This document shows positions 37,846 through 51,495 of a DNA stretch of 64,000 bases, piece by piece. The stretch is from Schizochytrium sp. TIO01 (Eukaryota; Protista; Bigyra: Labyrinthulomycetes). A program made the position numbers and the translations under genes. The DNA lies in contig SMSO01000014.1 of the NCBI GenBank assembly GCA_004764695.1, positions 2,165,648 to 2,229,647 of the forward strand, read 5' to 3'. Every line of letters starts with the position of its first letter. Position 1 is the stretch's first letter. Under the pieces are notes generated by a model. The model ran no database searches and was not told the DNA's origin. It saw nothing but the letters and a program-made list of their open reading frames with translations.

Positions 37846-37881
37846 TTCAAATTCGAATTCAACTTTGAATTCGAATTTGAA
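37846..37881. repeat. Perfect inverted repeat, 17-bp arms with a 2-nt spacer (TTCAAATTCGAATTCAA-CT-TTGAATTCGAATTTGAA)
   Basis: Checked base by base. Lies ~230 bp upstream of the kinase ATG. Confidence 0.9.
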
Positions 37882-39033
37882 GTTTCAAATTTAAATTTAG
37901 ATTCGAGATGGTGTTGTGGCTTGGGCTTGAGTGAGGCTTGAAGCTCCTGGTTCTGGATAACAGGGGCTCTCAACCGTGTGAAGGACAGCTCGAGCCTGGA
38001 CTCGAGCTATTGGTTTGTTAGTTTCTTGTTTCTCGCAGGGTTTGAGGCGATTTAGCAATCGCCGGGGTCGATCTTCCGTCGCGTGCCGATCGTCGCGGCT
38101 CGACGAACTGGCCTTCCGTTGGCCAGTTGCGCGTTCTGTCGAAGAGGTATCCGATACCTCGGGTCGCGGGAGGAAAGCGCGGTCCCTCCAGCGGCAGCGG
38201 CAGCCACAGCAGCTGTGCTGCAAGAGAGCGGTCGAGCGATTGTGTTTCAACTTTGTTTTGTTTTTGTTTTGTTTTTGTTTCTTCAAATGTTCGATCGATT
38301 GCCTGTCTGTTTAATTACGGTATCTAACATTATGCATGTTTGCTTCCCTTTCTCCTTCTTACTTACTTTTCGCTTGCTTCCTTCTCGCCCTGTCTCTCTC
38401 TCTCTTTCTCTCTCTCTCTTTTCTTCTTCTCAGAAAACTTGGAAATTGGAAATTCAAACCGAAAGTTTTTAATTAAAAACACTTTTGCTTCTAGATTTAA
38501 CTATATATAATTATTTTATTGAAGCAATTTTTTATTTTATGTTTTAATGTTTAAAAAAATTAAATAGGGAAAAAATAAAAGTGCCAATTTCCATGGTCAT
38601 TCTAAGAACTTCGACAGCGAGGAACCCGTGTGCTGCTCTCTGCAGCGACTCTATGATACAGATATCCAACTACCCCTTCTCTTGAATTTACTTCGCGAGG
38701 CCCTTCAGACGTGCCTTATACGGTCCTCCTGTCGTTACGAGCGGATTTCTCGCCAATTTCAATCTAGTGACGGCGGAGTTCCTTCCTCTCTTCCTTTTTC
38801 GAAAGACCTTTTTTATTTTTCCCTTAACGACTTGACAAATAAAGACTCGAAAACGAGCAGAATTGATCGACCCTTCTTCTCCTTAGTGGATTACCCTCTT
38901 TCTTGTCCTCTCCAGGCCCGCCTTGCTTTCCTGCAGAGCGGCCGCGCCTGAGCAGCGTACACTCCTCGTAACCCAGCAGCCTGCCAGTTCCAGAGGTCTC
39001 GAAGCTCCACGCAGAACGAATAAAAGAACAAAG

Positions 39034-39035
39034 GA

Positions 39036-39133
<98 letters not shown>
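39034..39133. repeat. (GAAA)25 microsatellite
   Basis: Read directly from the sequence. Confidence 0.95.
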
Positions 39134-39134
<1 letters not shown>

Positions 39135-39583
39135 GGGCTATCTGTGTGGAGTCAGGCACACCTTACTCGCCTGGTCTGAAGAGCCTATGCCTTCGAGCTC
39201 TCTCTCCTGCACCCAAGCCGGCTGCCTTGGCGCTCGCCGGCGTTCCCGAAGGGCCCGATTTCATCCCAGAACGACGGCTCGGCCCGCTCAGGTCGCGAGT
39301 TTGCAGAAGAACAAGGAGGAGGAGGAGAAGAAGAAGACGCCAGAAGTTGGTTTTCACCACTGTTTTACGAATTGATGGGCACTATGGGGCGTAGTTAGGG
39401 GCGCTAGTGCAGTGCTAGCTACTCGCCTAGCCACCTTCTGCCTGCTCTGAAGGGCTCAGACTTGAAACTTGAATCAAAAGTGGACGGAACTTGAAGAAAA
39501 GTAGCCAAAAGAGGATCAATCGCCTGTGCCTGTTTACTGCGCCTGCTAATGCTAATGCTAATGCGTACAGACAGAGTGACAGT

Positions 39584-39622
<39 letters not shown>

Positions 39623-41470
39623 GGGGATCTGCGAGGACTGGAATGGAACAAACAGAACGGAGTCCATGAACGAATCAGCGAGTGAGTGAGTGAGTACCTA
39701 GTGAGCAGAGCCTCTGTGAGTAGTGAGCACCTTCGCTAGCTGGCGCTAGCGAGGGCCTAGCGCCTAAGAGAAGGCGCGAGGGGAAGAAAAGAGAAGTGTG
39801 TCCGCCTGCCTCTCCAAGATGGGATTGCTGCGCTCCTCCACTGTAGAGGCGAAGAATACTCTACCGTAACGCCACGGAATGCTTCACTGTGGAAGAGGGC
39901 GGAGCAGCAGCAGCAGCAGCAGGAGAAGGAGAAGGACAAGGAGCCAATACACAAAGTCTATCTCTAGTTCTTGTTCTTGTTCTTCTTATTGTTATAGAAC
40001 AGAAAGAAAAAACGAAACAATAACTTTTAAATAATAATAAGTATGACGTAGCATAGCAGATAAGTAAATAAGGCTGAAGCATGGCCAGTGAGCAAATAGG
40101 AGGGAGCGCCATGACGATCAAATTCTAGCGAGAGGCAATCAGCCAGCCAGGCAGCTAGCCAGGTAATTGATCGGTTGAGTGGTTTCACTGGCGAGGCTCT
40201 ATTATTAACACGTCGATGGTCATTTCAAGAGCGACCACCTCCTGCAAATCTACGAGTTTGGCAGAACACCGCGACATTTAGGCTGTCATTTCGCACTCCG
40301 AATCGCAGTTTTATTCTTATTTTCCTTTGTCTTCCTTTTTCAAACTTCTTTTTCAAAACGAATTCTATGTTTTCTAAAATTAAAAATGAATTCTTCAAAG
40401 TTCAGGTTTCTCAGGCTGGAAAACTAAAAAAGACTTAAAAAGAGATCGAAAATCGATTTTCTTTCTAGCTAGAGAAACCAGGGGCCTCTTAGCGTTATCG
40501 CTAGAAGGGCGTGCGATGATGCTTCTTAGACTGTTTTTGCTCGTTATTGATGATGGAACATGAAAACCCTCTCCGCCGGCTGGATGGAACCAGTTTCCTC
40601 CCAGCTAGCCAAAGAGAGAACTTGCAATGCAAGTGAGTGAGAACGCGCTGCGAAGGGGCGCGACGGCTTAGAGGCCTTCGCCGCCTCTGGTGCCTGCGCA
40701 TGGAGTCGAACCGGCCAAGTCGTAGAGAAGGGAGCAGAAGCTGTCGCGGCGCCGCTCGACATCTCCATCATGGTCGCTCTTCGTCATGTCATGGTTCCAC
40801 ACCGCTTTCGCACTTACATTAAATCTCTGTCTGTCAGTCAGTCTGTCAGTCAGTCAGTCAATCTGTCTACTTTGCGCATAGGCGAATCGATGAGGAAGAG
40901 GGAAATAAGCTTTTCTAATAAACCATTTCTCGAAAACAGAGTTGGAACTACGGATTTACTTATCGCAAAGCTGTCGAAATCTCACTAAAAAGGGCGCTGC
41001 TGGAAGGGGAAACAGGAAGTAAAAACTGACTCGACTGAAGGCAGGCAGTACATGGAGCGTCAAAGAGAGAGAGAGAGAGAGATGCCAAGTGGCCTTCCGC
41101 CTCCTCGGCGCCCGCACCGCCGCCACCATCAGCAGCAGCGGCGGCAGCAGTAGAGAAACACCACGAGTCGCAGCGACCTCCGCTCTGCGGCGCAAGCGTC
41201 GCGACAGGACTTCCACCGCAGCTCTCTGTGCTCCGCCGACGCTTTTTGTGCGGCGACACCTAAAATACCACAGAGAGGCTTCAGAGAGAGAGGTCTTTCA
41301 TTGGGGCAGTCCTAAACATCCCCTACAGGAAACCCTAATCCCGCGGCGCTGACACCTAGGTTGGCAGGAAGGCAGAAAGAATGAGCGAGGAACCTTTTCT
41401 GAAGAAGAAGTAGTAGTAATGTTAGTAGGCAGGTGCTTAGGTACCTGTTTGGTTGGTTGTTTCCTTGCTA

Positions 41471-41758
<288 letters not shown>

Positions 41759-43055
41759 TGGTTATTTAATTGGGACCTAAGAGCATTTCTTCTGTTTTCG
41801 AAAAGAGGAATCGTGCAAAGTCTACTCACGCGGGGGGAGGGATTGAATAATGAATGAGCCAACCAATTGATTGGCTTGATCACTTAAGTTTTCCGTTCGT
41901 TCTGAGGACATCGCTCCAATCGACCGAATGACTGACTCCCGATGTGATCTTCGCTGATGGCGGCCGGAAGCTCGCGCAGGTACCCTGGGACTCTCTTGCG
42001 GCTGAGGCAGGCAGATATCGGCATCAGTCAGTGGCGGCAGGGTGCTGTAGGTTTGCTCGAAGAAGCCTTCCGCGACTCCGCTGCAGCGAGCCGCCCATCT
42101 CTTCACTCGACCGAGTGCCTGAATTTGAACCTAAAACATCCATCCATTCACCGCAGCGGTGGAGATTTATTTGGGCGAGATCAGAGTGTGTACAGGAAAA
42201 CTGTGAAAGCCGTTGAATTAGCGAAGACCGTCGAAAGTGGCGTCGCGACTCGCGAGACCGCTCGCGGCGTCTCATATATGACGCCCAGACGCACGCCCTG
42301 ACGCGTGGGTTGGCGCACGCCAGACATTAATCCGGCGCTAGGCGGTCAATTCACAAACTCCCCTGAGCAGTTACGATGGAGTGGAATCTCATGTTGAGTT
42401 GAAAGATACCCGGCATTACCTAGTATGTACCTACACATGATTTAAGATGGCGATGTTGTTCGTATCCTTAAGTTGACATCTTTGAGATATGAAACGCTTT
42501 GGCCTGGACCAATAAGAGTGGATGAAAATCTAAACCTCTCAACAGTACCTTACTCAATTTGCTCTTTCTCCTGACCCCATTCATTCGCGATGTGGGTACT
42601 GATATTGTTGCATAGGTGCATGGACTGGCATAATTTGAAATGGCCTTGCATGCTTGGTTACATCCAAGCTCACACCAAGCTCCATTGCGTTGAGCTAGTG
42701 TACAGAGTAAAGGATTGGTACCTACTACCATTCAATTGCCTTTTCTTCTTGTAAAGTAGCGATTGGATTGGAGAATGGATTGTCCCATGAAGTCCTGGTC
42801 AAGGTTTGCTATATGCAAATGAAAGCATGGGATTTTCGGGAAAGAAGAGTAAAAGTTCTGACCAGGGCTCAACCGATTGTAACCCCCGCTTGGACAATGC
42901 ACAATGCATGAAGAATCGCCCCGAGCTTGACAAAGATCTGCTTGCAGAGACATACTATTAATTTTTAAAAGGAGCAAAAGATAGAGCTCAAGTTGATCGA
43001 CATATAGGTAGTACCTATATTTCTTTAAGTTGTTCCTATTTTAGTTTATTTAATT

Positions 43056-43059
<4 letters not shown>

Positions 43060-43087
<28 letters not shown>
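43060..43087. repeat. Poly(A) tract (28 nt) within an AT-rich island
   Basis: Read directly from the sequence. Confidence 0.9.
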
Positions 43088-43088
<1 letters not shown>

Positions 43089-43097
43089 ACCTATTAC

Positions 43098-43128
<31 letters not shown>

Positions 43129-45422
43129 TTTTCTCTCTTCTTGTTCACAAAATAAAATCAACTTCTCCAACTAATCTCTGTTTTTAACTTTATTTATTAT
43201 TATTTTTAAAATAACATTTTTTTAAAATGATTTTTTAAAAAATTAAGAACAGATCAAATGGGAATAGATAAACTTTACATTCTTATAATATACCATTTTT
43301 ATAATTTTAAAATGGAAAGTTGATATCTTCACAAAATAGCTTCAGTGAAATAGTAAGTAAAACTGAGTAAATTGGGGTGCCCACAGTAATAGTTATAACA
43401 GAGGATTTAAGAACCACCGCATATTTTATAAAGGCAGCCAACAGTATACAAAACCTACCGGATCACTGTTACATGCGTGCCAGGCATAGAGTGATGCAAT
43501 GAATTGCACTCTGCGGGCTAGCCTGGCTTGTTCCTTTTACCTGCCAAGACAACTTCGCCTAAGCCTGTCACTTTTGCATCGATTGGTACGGCGTCACAAT
43601 TAATAGTCTAACGGACCGGGTCTTTCCAACAGCTAAGCTAACTGCTTCTTAATTTAAAGCTAGTAGCTTCAGATTACCACTTTTCTCGCTTTTTTAAATC
43701 ATTAAGGTTCACTTACGTCTTGTGTTAGACCAACCGACTGACCGACCTACCTACACAATATGGGCAGAAACTATGTGTGGCGTTCGTTGCAACGTAAAGG
43801 AAGGAACTTTAGGAAAGCCTATTTCATGGTGGTTTGGTTGGCATAAATGTAAGCCTTCGGTTGTTGCTGTCGCCGCTTTTGCGCAAGACTCAGTGGCTGC
43901 ATATGTGCGTCAAAACCAATTGTTCACTATGGGTAGTAGGTCCCTGGGTACAAGGATTTTCATCTCGAGGTGCGTCGGAGGAGTTTAAAAAGTGAAATTA
44001 AATCCTCCCAAAGTATTTATCATTTAATGGGTTTCAAACAATAGGGTTCATTTGCAGCCATAAATGCAACACAGTACTTTTATTTTCCAATAACTGAATG
44101 CAGCTTCAGCTAGCCAGGCAATTGATTCGAGGTAGCAGGAGAAGAAAAGAAAATGAGTCTTCTATACCACTCATACATAGTACCTACTTTCGATACAAGA
44201 GTCAGGAATGGTCGTTAATGTGTGCTGGATTCTACACTTTGCTATTTCATGTAGTCGCCTAGTTTCACCTTGCTTGCGGCAAGTTTCGATGCAAGCAATG
44301 GAAGATGTGTAGCTTGCTTTCACGGGGTCATTAAGCTACGTGCAAGTGTGGTATGGCAGATATTCGACTTTGCGATTGAAAGATCTTTAGTTTTGTCACT
44401 TATCGATGAGAACATCTTAAAGATGGTGATTGTTGCCGCGAAAGTATCATGGTTCTGCTAGCTTTGCGACTTTCTTTTCAGAATTTACCAAACAGCGCAA
44501 AAGCCAAAAAAAAACTAATAGCAAAAAAAGAATAGCAAATTACCATCTCAGGTGTAACGGTTACCTTGAAAGAACTTCACTTGCTACACAAATTGCTGTG
44601 GCTTCAAGTAACTAAAGCCCATGCACACCACATGGCTGTTTGAAACCGTGCTGTAATGGCCTTATATAGACATTTCTTCCCAACCCCTGAGATCCTAGGG
44701 ATGAAGTTCTTGCTGAAAGATGTTGGTTACCCACTACTTATGGTACTAAAAACCCTGGACAAATGAGTATTTCTGTAGCTTTTTTAATAGTAGCTAAATA
44801 AAATGCTCCATACTGAGGAGGAGGGAGGGGCTATCAATAAGGTTCACAACCAACCTTTTATTTCTAAAATAGTTGTGCATCTCCGTTGACTAGGTTTAAC
44901 TCTCCAAGAAGCTGCACATTATTGTCCTGTTTATGCATATCTTAGACATCAAAATAAAACCTGAACAAAACGGGTGGACTCTAGGAAATCAACACTGGTC
45001 CAGTGTACAATAGATGCTATTGAAGTCGACAGAAATATTGTCAGCTTTAGAGTGTTCAGAGATTTTGCGAACACAACACGTTTATGATACCTTTTTTTCT
45101 TTACTTGGTTTTTCTTGTTGTAAAAAGCAAATGAAACCAAACATTTTGTTTCGTGACGCAACTTAAAAAGTCTATTCGCGTATGCTGTTTCGATATTATA
45201 CAGCAACAGAACTGGGTGAGGTGCGCTTCTATCTCACTTGAATTGGGAAAAATTTGTCACGCTTAATTTTTAATTTAATTATTTCTATTCAAATTGGCTA
45301 AGAAGTATACATTTATCGTCAATGACTTGAAATTGGTACTCAGGTCATTCTACGAATTACCCTTTATAAACTCGGAATAATGATTTCTGAGATATTTGAG
45401 CCTACAGATGCAACTATGTGTA

Positions 45423-47919
45423 CTACCAGCCGACATATCTCACAAGCATCCATACAATGAAGCTGATACTAATATACGGTCGAACCTGTGCCACTCCTGA
45501 GATTGAGATTACATTTGGAGTTCCAGAGCTAGTATTCGATGGTGAACCTTTAGAACTTGTAGTGGTTGGTGATTGTGTTGGTGATAAGCTAGGCGATAGC
45601 GTTGGAACAATGGAAGGCGCCACTGTAGGATCAACCAAGTAGAGTCCAGGCAGAATTTGAAAGAAAAAACATGCCTGATCATTATGCACTGGTTGCCGGA
45701 TCATTAAAATGGCAGGTGTTAGATCTCCAGCATCTACAGAGGTTATCAACCGGGGTATGTCTACCCACGAAGTCCCATTGTTCGGCACAATACCTAGCGA
45801 ATACCAATTTAACGCATGTACATCTTCTGAGTAACTGGAAATTGAAGAGCCAATCAATGACATTGTGTTTTTTGCAATCAGTATTTCCATCTGATTTGAC
45901 AAGGAAAAAGAGTCGCCTGGCTCCCACGTTACTAAAGTTTGTGATCCCTGCATGATGATTGCTTTGCTGTCAATTTGAGGGGCTAAAGGCATTGAGATTG
46001 CTCCAAGAGGTTGATTACTGTTAATAAACTGAACCTCAACATCTTTGAACGCAAAAGATCCTAAACCAACATATCCTTCGGCTATATCATCGTTCTGTGC
46101 TGTTATGACCTGCCTCACAGTTGCACGGAAGGTCATGTTGGAAGATAGTGATGGCAAAACCTCATCATATCCCTTTATAGAATTCGACAAATAATACATA
46201 TTTGGAAAAGACCTAAATCTATTTTCAGTCGGCTCCCAGGAGCGAAAACGGGGAGTCGAACGAGATGTGTATTCTCGAATGCTTGCAGAGGGCTCCAGCT
46301 CATCTATAGAATAATACAAGGAAATTGCTGGAGACGAGTTAGAGTTTTTGTCAAGAGCAAAGTTAAGTTGGAATGGAGTTTTTGCTGGAAGGACACAGCT
46401 TTGCTCAATCAACACCTCAGGGCCAGGCACCTCAATTTCTGTGTATGTACCACATGAACTATCTGGGCCTGTAACACTCCATAAAACATTTCGCATCTGC
46501 TCAAGCGTGATTGAATGGAAATAGGGATCCGAATTTTTCTGCAAGTCAGATTCGCCACATAAACCAGCATATCCAAGTACAGTACTACCACTTCCGGGCT
46601 CAACAGCTGTCTGTGATGCTCTATTTGAGTTTAGGCCATCGCAGTTATCAAAAGTATGCGTCGCTCCCATTTGATGACCAATTTCATGAAGTACATAATC
46701 AACGTAAAATGCATCTGTGATTGGATTTTGAAGACCGGTAGTACCGCAATGACTGAATTGACTATTACATAAAACATTTAAGCAAGCGAGACCTCCGGAT
46801 GCAGTTGTCAAAGCATGTGCTAGGTGGTATGAGGAGCTAGAGACTCGCTTTGTGGGGCCAAGATAGTTATACATATCATCTAGAACCCAGTATGAGTTTC
46901 GTAAATTCGAACATGGGAACAAGCAAATTAGATCTGCAGTTTTGGGGTGAAGCTGAAAAGTAACCCCAAGCTCTCGTCTAAGGATTCCATTTATCCGATT
47001 TGCAAGAGTTAGGATTTCTGCCAGAACCGACTGGATTGTGTTCCCATGATACTGAGAGTATTGGCCATTCGCAACAAAAGCAATAACGAATGTAAACTCT
47101 TCCACAACCGGTTTGCTACTTTCTTGCCGAGGCGAACGACCCATTGGAGTGCGAAGCAACGAATTTCTCCAAAGTTCTGGTTTACTACTACTTCCACCTG
47201 ACGCTGTAGTATTTTCACGCCCTCCGCATGTCCATGACGAATTGTACTCAGTATTCGAATTTTCAGCTACGTCTTGTGCAGCTAATTTTTTTGCGCTAGC
47301 TTGTGTAGAGTAGACTTGATACACTTGCTCTGCACGAAAGATTGGATCAATCCAGTAATCGCGACCAGGGCTATGCACGTATGCTCGTAGACCTTTCTCA
47401 GGACTGAAATCGACAACCGCATGCATCTGAAGCTCCCGTTCGACACTAGGCCCAGAGTAAGATACTAATTCTGGAAACTGCTCGCTTAGTGAAGCTGGGA
47501 GAACTGACGTTTTTTGAAGATCAAAATTTGCAATATCTCCCGTTGGCAACGCCAGTGGTAACATGATGTTCACCGCATGGAAGAGATCATGAAACGGCAG
47601 CTGTGTTTCATTTAAAAAGACCCTATGAACGTCACCCTGAAGTTTGGCACTATCCAAAGCAGTACTGAACTGTATATCACTGCCAGAAACTGGCGTTCTT
47701 GATATGTCTCGAAAGGCCCTAGTTGCCTTTTCTCATAGACGCAAAGCTTGATTTCCGGATGATATCATCATTGTTCAAGAAGTGCCAGGGACTGTTACTG
47801 TCAACCTCAGCGTCCAATATTCGACTTACCTTGGTGCGTTTGGCACCAGATGAGACACATAGAAGGCAACAAACGAGAAGCACGAAGACTACGCAGGAGC
47901 CTTGTCCCTTGGCTTGCAT
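45423..47919 (-). CDS. Secreted or surface-anchored M12B (reprolysin-like) zinc metalloprotease; probable complement(join(45423..47669,47830..47919)), ~778 aa
   Basis: Zinc motif HEIGHQMGATH and EPGSGSTVLGYAG, possible cysteine switch WTCG, signal peptide in the upstream short ORF, Ser/Thr/Pro stalk and hydrophobic C-terminus. The two ORFs are in different frames; a phase-0 intron AAG|GTAAGT...ATACAG|TTC joins them. Confidence 0.82.
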
Positions 47920-49203
47920 TAGAATGGCTCTAGTTTCTATTTTTATTCTGAGTGACGTGGAAACTTATTCGGCCAGATCGACGAGAGCCTTCTTTTCGTT
48001 TTGCACAATGATTTCAAAAGCAACGTAGGTATTGTAGGAGTGATGCTGGCGCCATGCTCAAATATTTCATCAAATACTCTTTCGCTTCGGGCCTACTGGC
48101 CTATTTCACTAGGCTTCCACAGTAGAGGATTCTAATATGCACTGCGTATCTACACTTTTATCCGGGCAATGCTAGCTGAGGCCCTATATTCCAGATGAGT
48201 TCATGATTTTGAGAAGTAAATGATCTGCTTAAAGCTCTCTAAAAATGCAAGTGGGAAGAACATTGCTTTAGGTACATGTGATTTTAAAACAAACCGCTCA
48301 AAGTGTGATGTAACCATAAATGGTGCATATCATCTATCAGTGATATGGCTCGCTTTCAGCTTAGATTTTGCTTATTTACTCACTGGAAGTAGGTACCGCA
48401 TCTACATACAGGCCCATGTAATGTGTAGATATATATTAATTTTATGCTGTATCTTTCCCTTACATCATATTATACGTTGCGTATAACACACTGATCCGTT
48501 GTGAGTGATAGCACCAATGCTACCAGCAAGTAGGTAGGTACTATGCCGATTCTTTGATATTTTTTCAAACTATAAAATAAAAACTCCTTTCTTTCTTTTA
48601 AAGCCTTGAGTGCAGTAATAATAACATCAGTACCTAGGCCTAGTAACAATAATCAAAATCCAAAAGTTGTTGAACTGGTGTACTTCAAGTACACACGTTC
48701 TTTCACTCTCGGAATGAGGACACGAACCCTCATGAGGCTTGCAGACGGGTAGCAACAGCCAGCACCATATGACACGTCGTTGCACACGTATAGAGTATCG
48801 CTAATAAACATTTGCTCACTGTGTCTTCACATCTTTATAAACATCCTGACTATTAGTGAGTGCGTTCGAACTCTATGAAACGAGGAGCGTAAGTAGTAGC
48901 AGTGGCGGAGACGTCCACAATAGTGCCAAACGTGATAGTATCTCAACTTCTGTTTGTGCAGTGTTTCTGGAGTGCTCGTTTTATATATACACGGTACAAG
49001 AAGGCTTCGCTATTTTCTAGCAAGTCAGGAATATATCAAGGTCGGATAGATAATATTGTTCACAACCTTGATATCAAGTCACTCTAAGCGCTACAAACTA
49101 CAAGTAAGGACACGCTCACCGTTTAAGAGGACTTCTTCAAGTTAGTGCGCTTTTAGAACCCCTCTTAAGTAGCTCGCATGTCACAGAAACTTTCTCAGCC
49201 AAG

Positions 49204-51495
49204 ATGCTAGATCGCGTCTATGGTAAAAGCGATTTCACAGTTGTACGCGGGCGAAAGAAGGCCAGTCTTCGATCGAATCTAACTCTACCTCATGAACAAG
49301 GCCAAGTTGCATCTCCTTTAGAGAGCGTGCTGCAAAGTTCACATCCTGGAGATGGTGACATAGATGACGAGACTCTTGAAATTCAAAAACAAATTGCCGA
49401 GGAGAAAAAGGCTCATGAACTTCAGTCTCGTCGTATTACTACGGAAGTAAAAGCATCAGTCACGGAGGATGTAAACAAGTCTTCAGTGCGATCACATCAT
49501 CATTCCAAAGTATGGGACAGAGTACAAACATCAAACCGCCGGGTCCAAAAAGTTACATGGGGACACAATCTTGATACTGTCATTAAAGAAGAACAATTCC
49601 AAGAGATCCTCTATAAATCAAAACGGCGTTCGCAGCTTATCAACGAAGACTTCACGTTTATCGAAAACTACAAAACCCGATCAAGAGGAAAAGAAAAGAT
49701 TTTCTACGGAGCCAAAGTGGTATTACAATCCAAATCAGATGAACTATACATGGGGAGCAATGGTGAACTTGCGCGGTTACCAGGCCGTTTTTTCCTAATT
49801 AATCTTGACGATCCCACAAGTACAGCGCCTGTATTCTATGGAGAACGAGTTGGTCTACTAGCCCATAATGGATCAAAGGCACTAGGTACTAAACTCAAAT
49901 TATCAAGTGACGGCCTGCGTATCACTATGGTCGCAAACGACGAACGCGCAGTCTTCACAGCAAAATGGAAGGTCATTGATCCAGACGATGTCTCAAGCTC
50001 TATTCTATCCCAACGTACAAAAAAGACGCTATCACATGGTGATTTCTTTGGACTGAGACACAACGACTTTGCAATGGTGATCAGAAAAGGCGAAATTGTT
50101 TTGGAGAATCGCGAGCTAGACCATCGGCATGAACTTTCAAGGCGTATAATAAACACAAAAACTGCTTCTGGATCATCATTAAGTAAGTCTTCTAGACATG
50201 CAGTAAGCTCGCCATCTTCTCAGCAGAAGGGATCTTCTACCTCTGCTTCTTCCCGTAGTCTTGCCCCCGGAAAACTGAATACGTCCACTGAGTCGAGCGA
50301 TCAAGCTTTTGATCTTGGTGCAATCTGGCAAATCCACCTTTATTCGAATGCCAGTGTCAAGAAAGTGCCAAATGCTCAGCGTGTTCTCATGCGTGCACAA
50401 AGTCAGATTCGGAGCGTCAAAGAGAGGTGCGACGACCAACGGGAATTCACAATGACTTTACGTCGAGAAATGACCAAGTATGCAGTACAGAGTGATGTGC
50501 AATATCTTATTCATGATCCTACAAGCCTGAGGCATCAAGACTCTGACGGCATTCAAAAATATTTTTTGCGGCGATTAGATAATGCTTTCGCTGCACAGAA
50601 TGAAGCACAGCAACGGGCTAATCAAATTCGCGAGCAAGCTGCAGCTCGTATAGAGAGAGAGGAAAGAGAACGACTTGATGCTATAAATCGTGCCAGAAAA
50701 CCTCCAAAGCTTACTGCACTGGAAAACGCCAAGGCCATGGCCCTTGCTCACCGTGCAGAAGCACTTGTGCCAGCAATTGTGTGGCAGCACGTTCGTGCTC
50801 AAGAAGCTTTGTCACTCGTAAGTGAGCGCGAGCGACGGGAAGCTGCGGCGCGCCGTATTCAAATTGCTTTTCGTAAGTGGAAACAGGGCCAGTGGACTCG
50901 TGCGTTTCAAACTCTTGATCTACGCTGCAAAGCTCAAATTACAACACGCGAGGAGTTCCAGATTCCTATTTTCCGAACAAATAACACAGAGAACTTGGAA
51001 ATATTTGTGAAACCTCAATTCATACAAGATGATCATACTCCAGCCTATTTGAAATGGTCTCGAAAGAAGAAAAACGAAGCACTTAAAAACGTTTCGTCTT
51101 TGAATCCAAAAATCTTAGCCGATTGTGAGTCGACAATTAAGGAACATTTTGGGGTTTTACGTCACTCTAACCCTGCTCTCTTTTCCGAGATTCCTGAGTG
51201 TATATTGCGTCCTAAATTGCCTGCGCTCGAAAGCAGCATTCTTGACTATTCCTCAACCAGTCAATTTAAAGTATCAAACAATGCAGATGAGGAGGTTGAT
51301 GTCATTGACGAAAAAGGTGATCACCCAAGAGGAATCATTAGCAGTAGCAGCAATAAGCTAGCTCGTTGCAGCTCCGCTAAATTATACAAACGAAGGTATT
51401 CAGCATCCGCCTCTGCGCTCGCCCGCCCGCATTCTGCTGCGCAAACTCCAATGCGGCGCAGCAATACATCTGGATTGCTCTTGGGAAATCAATGA
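49204..51495 (+). CDS. Hypothetical 763-aa protein with MIR/beta-trefoil-like repeats, a coiled coil and an IQ motif
   Basis: Repeats IFYGAKVVLQS, VFYGERVGLLA and LSHGDFFGLRH with WKVIDP; IQ motif AAARRIQIAFRKWK. Confidence 0.7.
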   Translation: MLDRVYGKSDFTVVRGRKKASLRSNLTLPHEQGQVASPLESVLQSSHPGDGDIDDETLEIQKQIAEEKKAHELQSRRITTEVKASVTEDVNKSSVRSHHHSKVWDRVQTSNRRVQKVTWGHNLDTVIKEEQFQEILYKSKRRSQLINEDFTFIENYKTRSRGKEKIFYGAKVVLQSKSDELYMGSNGELARLPGRFFLINLDDPTSTAPVFYGERVGLLAHNGSKALGTKLKLSSDGLRITMVANDERAVFTAKWKVIDPDDVSSSILSQRTKKTLSHGDFFGLRHNDFAMVIRKGEIVLENRELDHRHELSRRIINTKTASGSSLSKSSRHAVSSPSSQQKGSSTSASSRSLAPGKLNTSTESSDQAFDLGAIWQIHLYSNASVKKVPNAQRVLMRAQSQIRSVKERCDDQREFTMTLRREMTKYAVQSDVQYLIHDPTSLRHQDSDGIQKYFLRRLDNAFAAQNEAQQRANQIREQAAARIEREERERLDAINRARKPPKLTALENAKAMALAHRAEALVPAIVWQHVRAQEALSLVSERERREAAARRIQIAFRKWKQGQWTRAFQTLDLRCKAQITTREEFQIPIFRTNNTENLEIFVKPQFIQDDHTPAYLKWSRKKKNEALKNVSSLNPKILADCESTIKEHFGVLRHSNPALFSEIPECILRPKLPALESSILDYSSTSQFKVSNNADEEVDVIDEKGDHPRGIISSSSNKLARCSSAKLYKRRYSASASALARPHSAAQTPMRRSNTSGLLLGNQ

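Noticed and set aside
42468-42977. Coding-like sequence upstream of a poly(A) tract (possible retroposed or decayed element)
   Set aside because: No reverse transcriptase, integrase or transposase motifs and no target-site duplication seen.
47719-47740. 22-nt GT...AG mini-intron that would also restore the protease frame
   Set aside because: The donor GTCTAT is poor, and the other introns here are 175-283 nt with GTAAGT.
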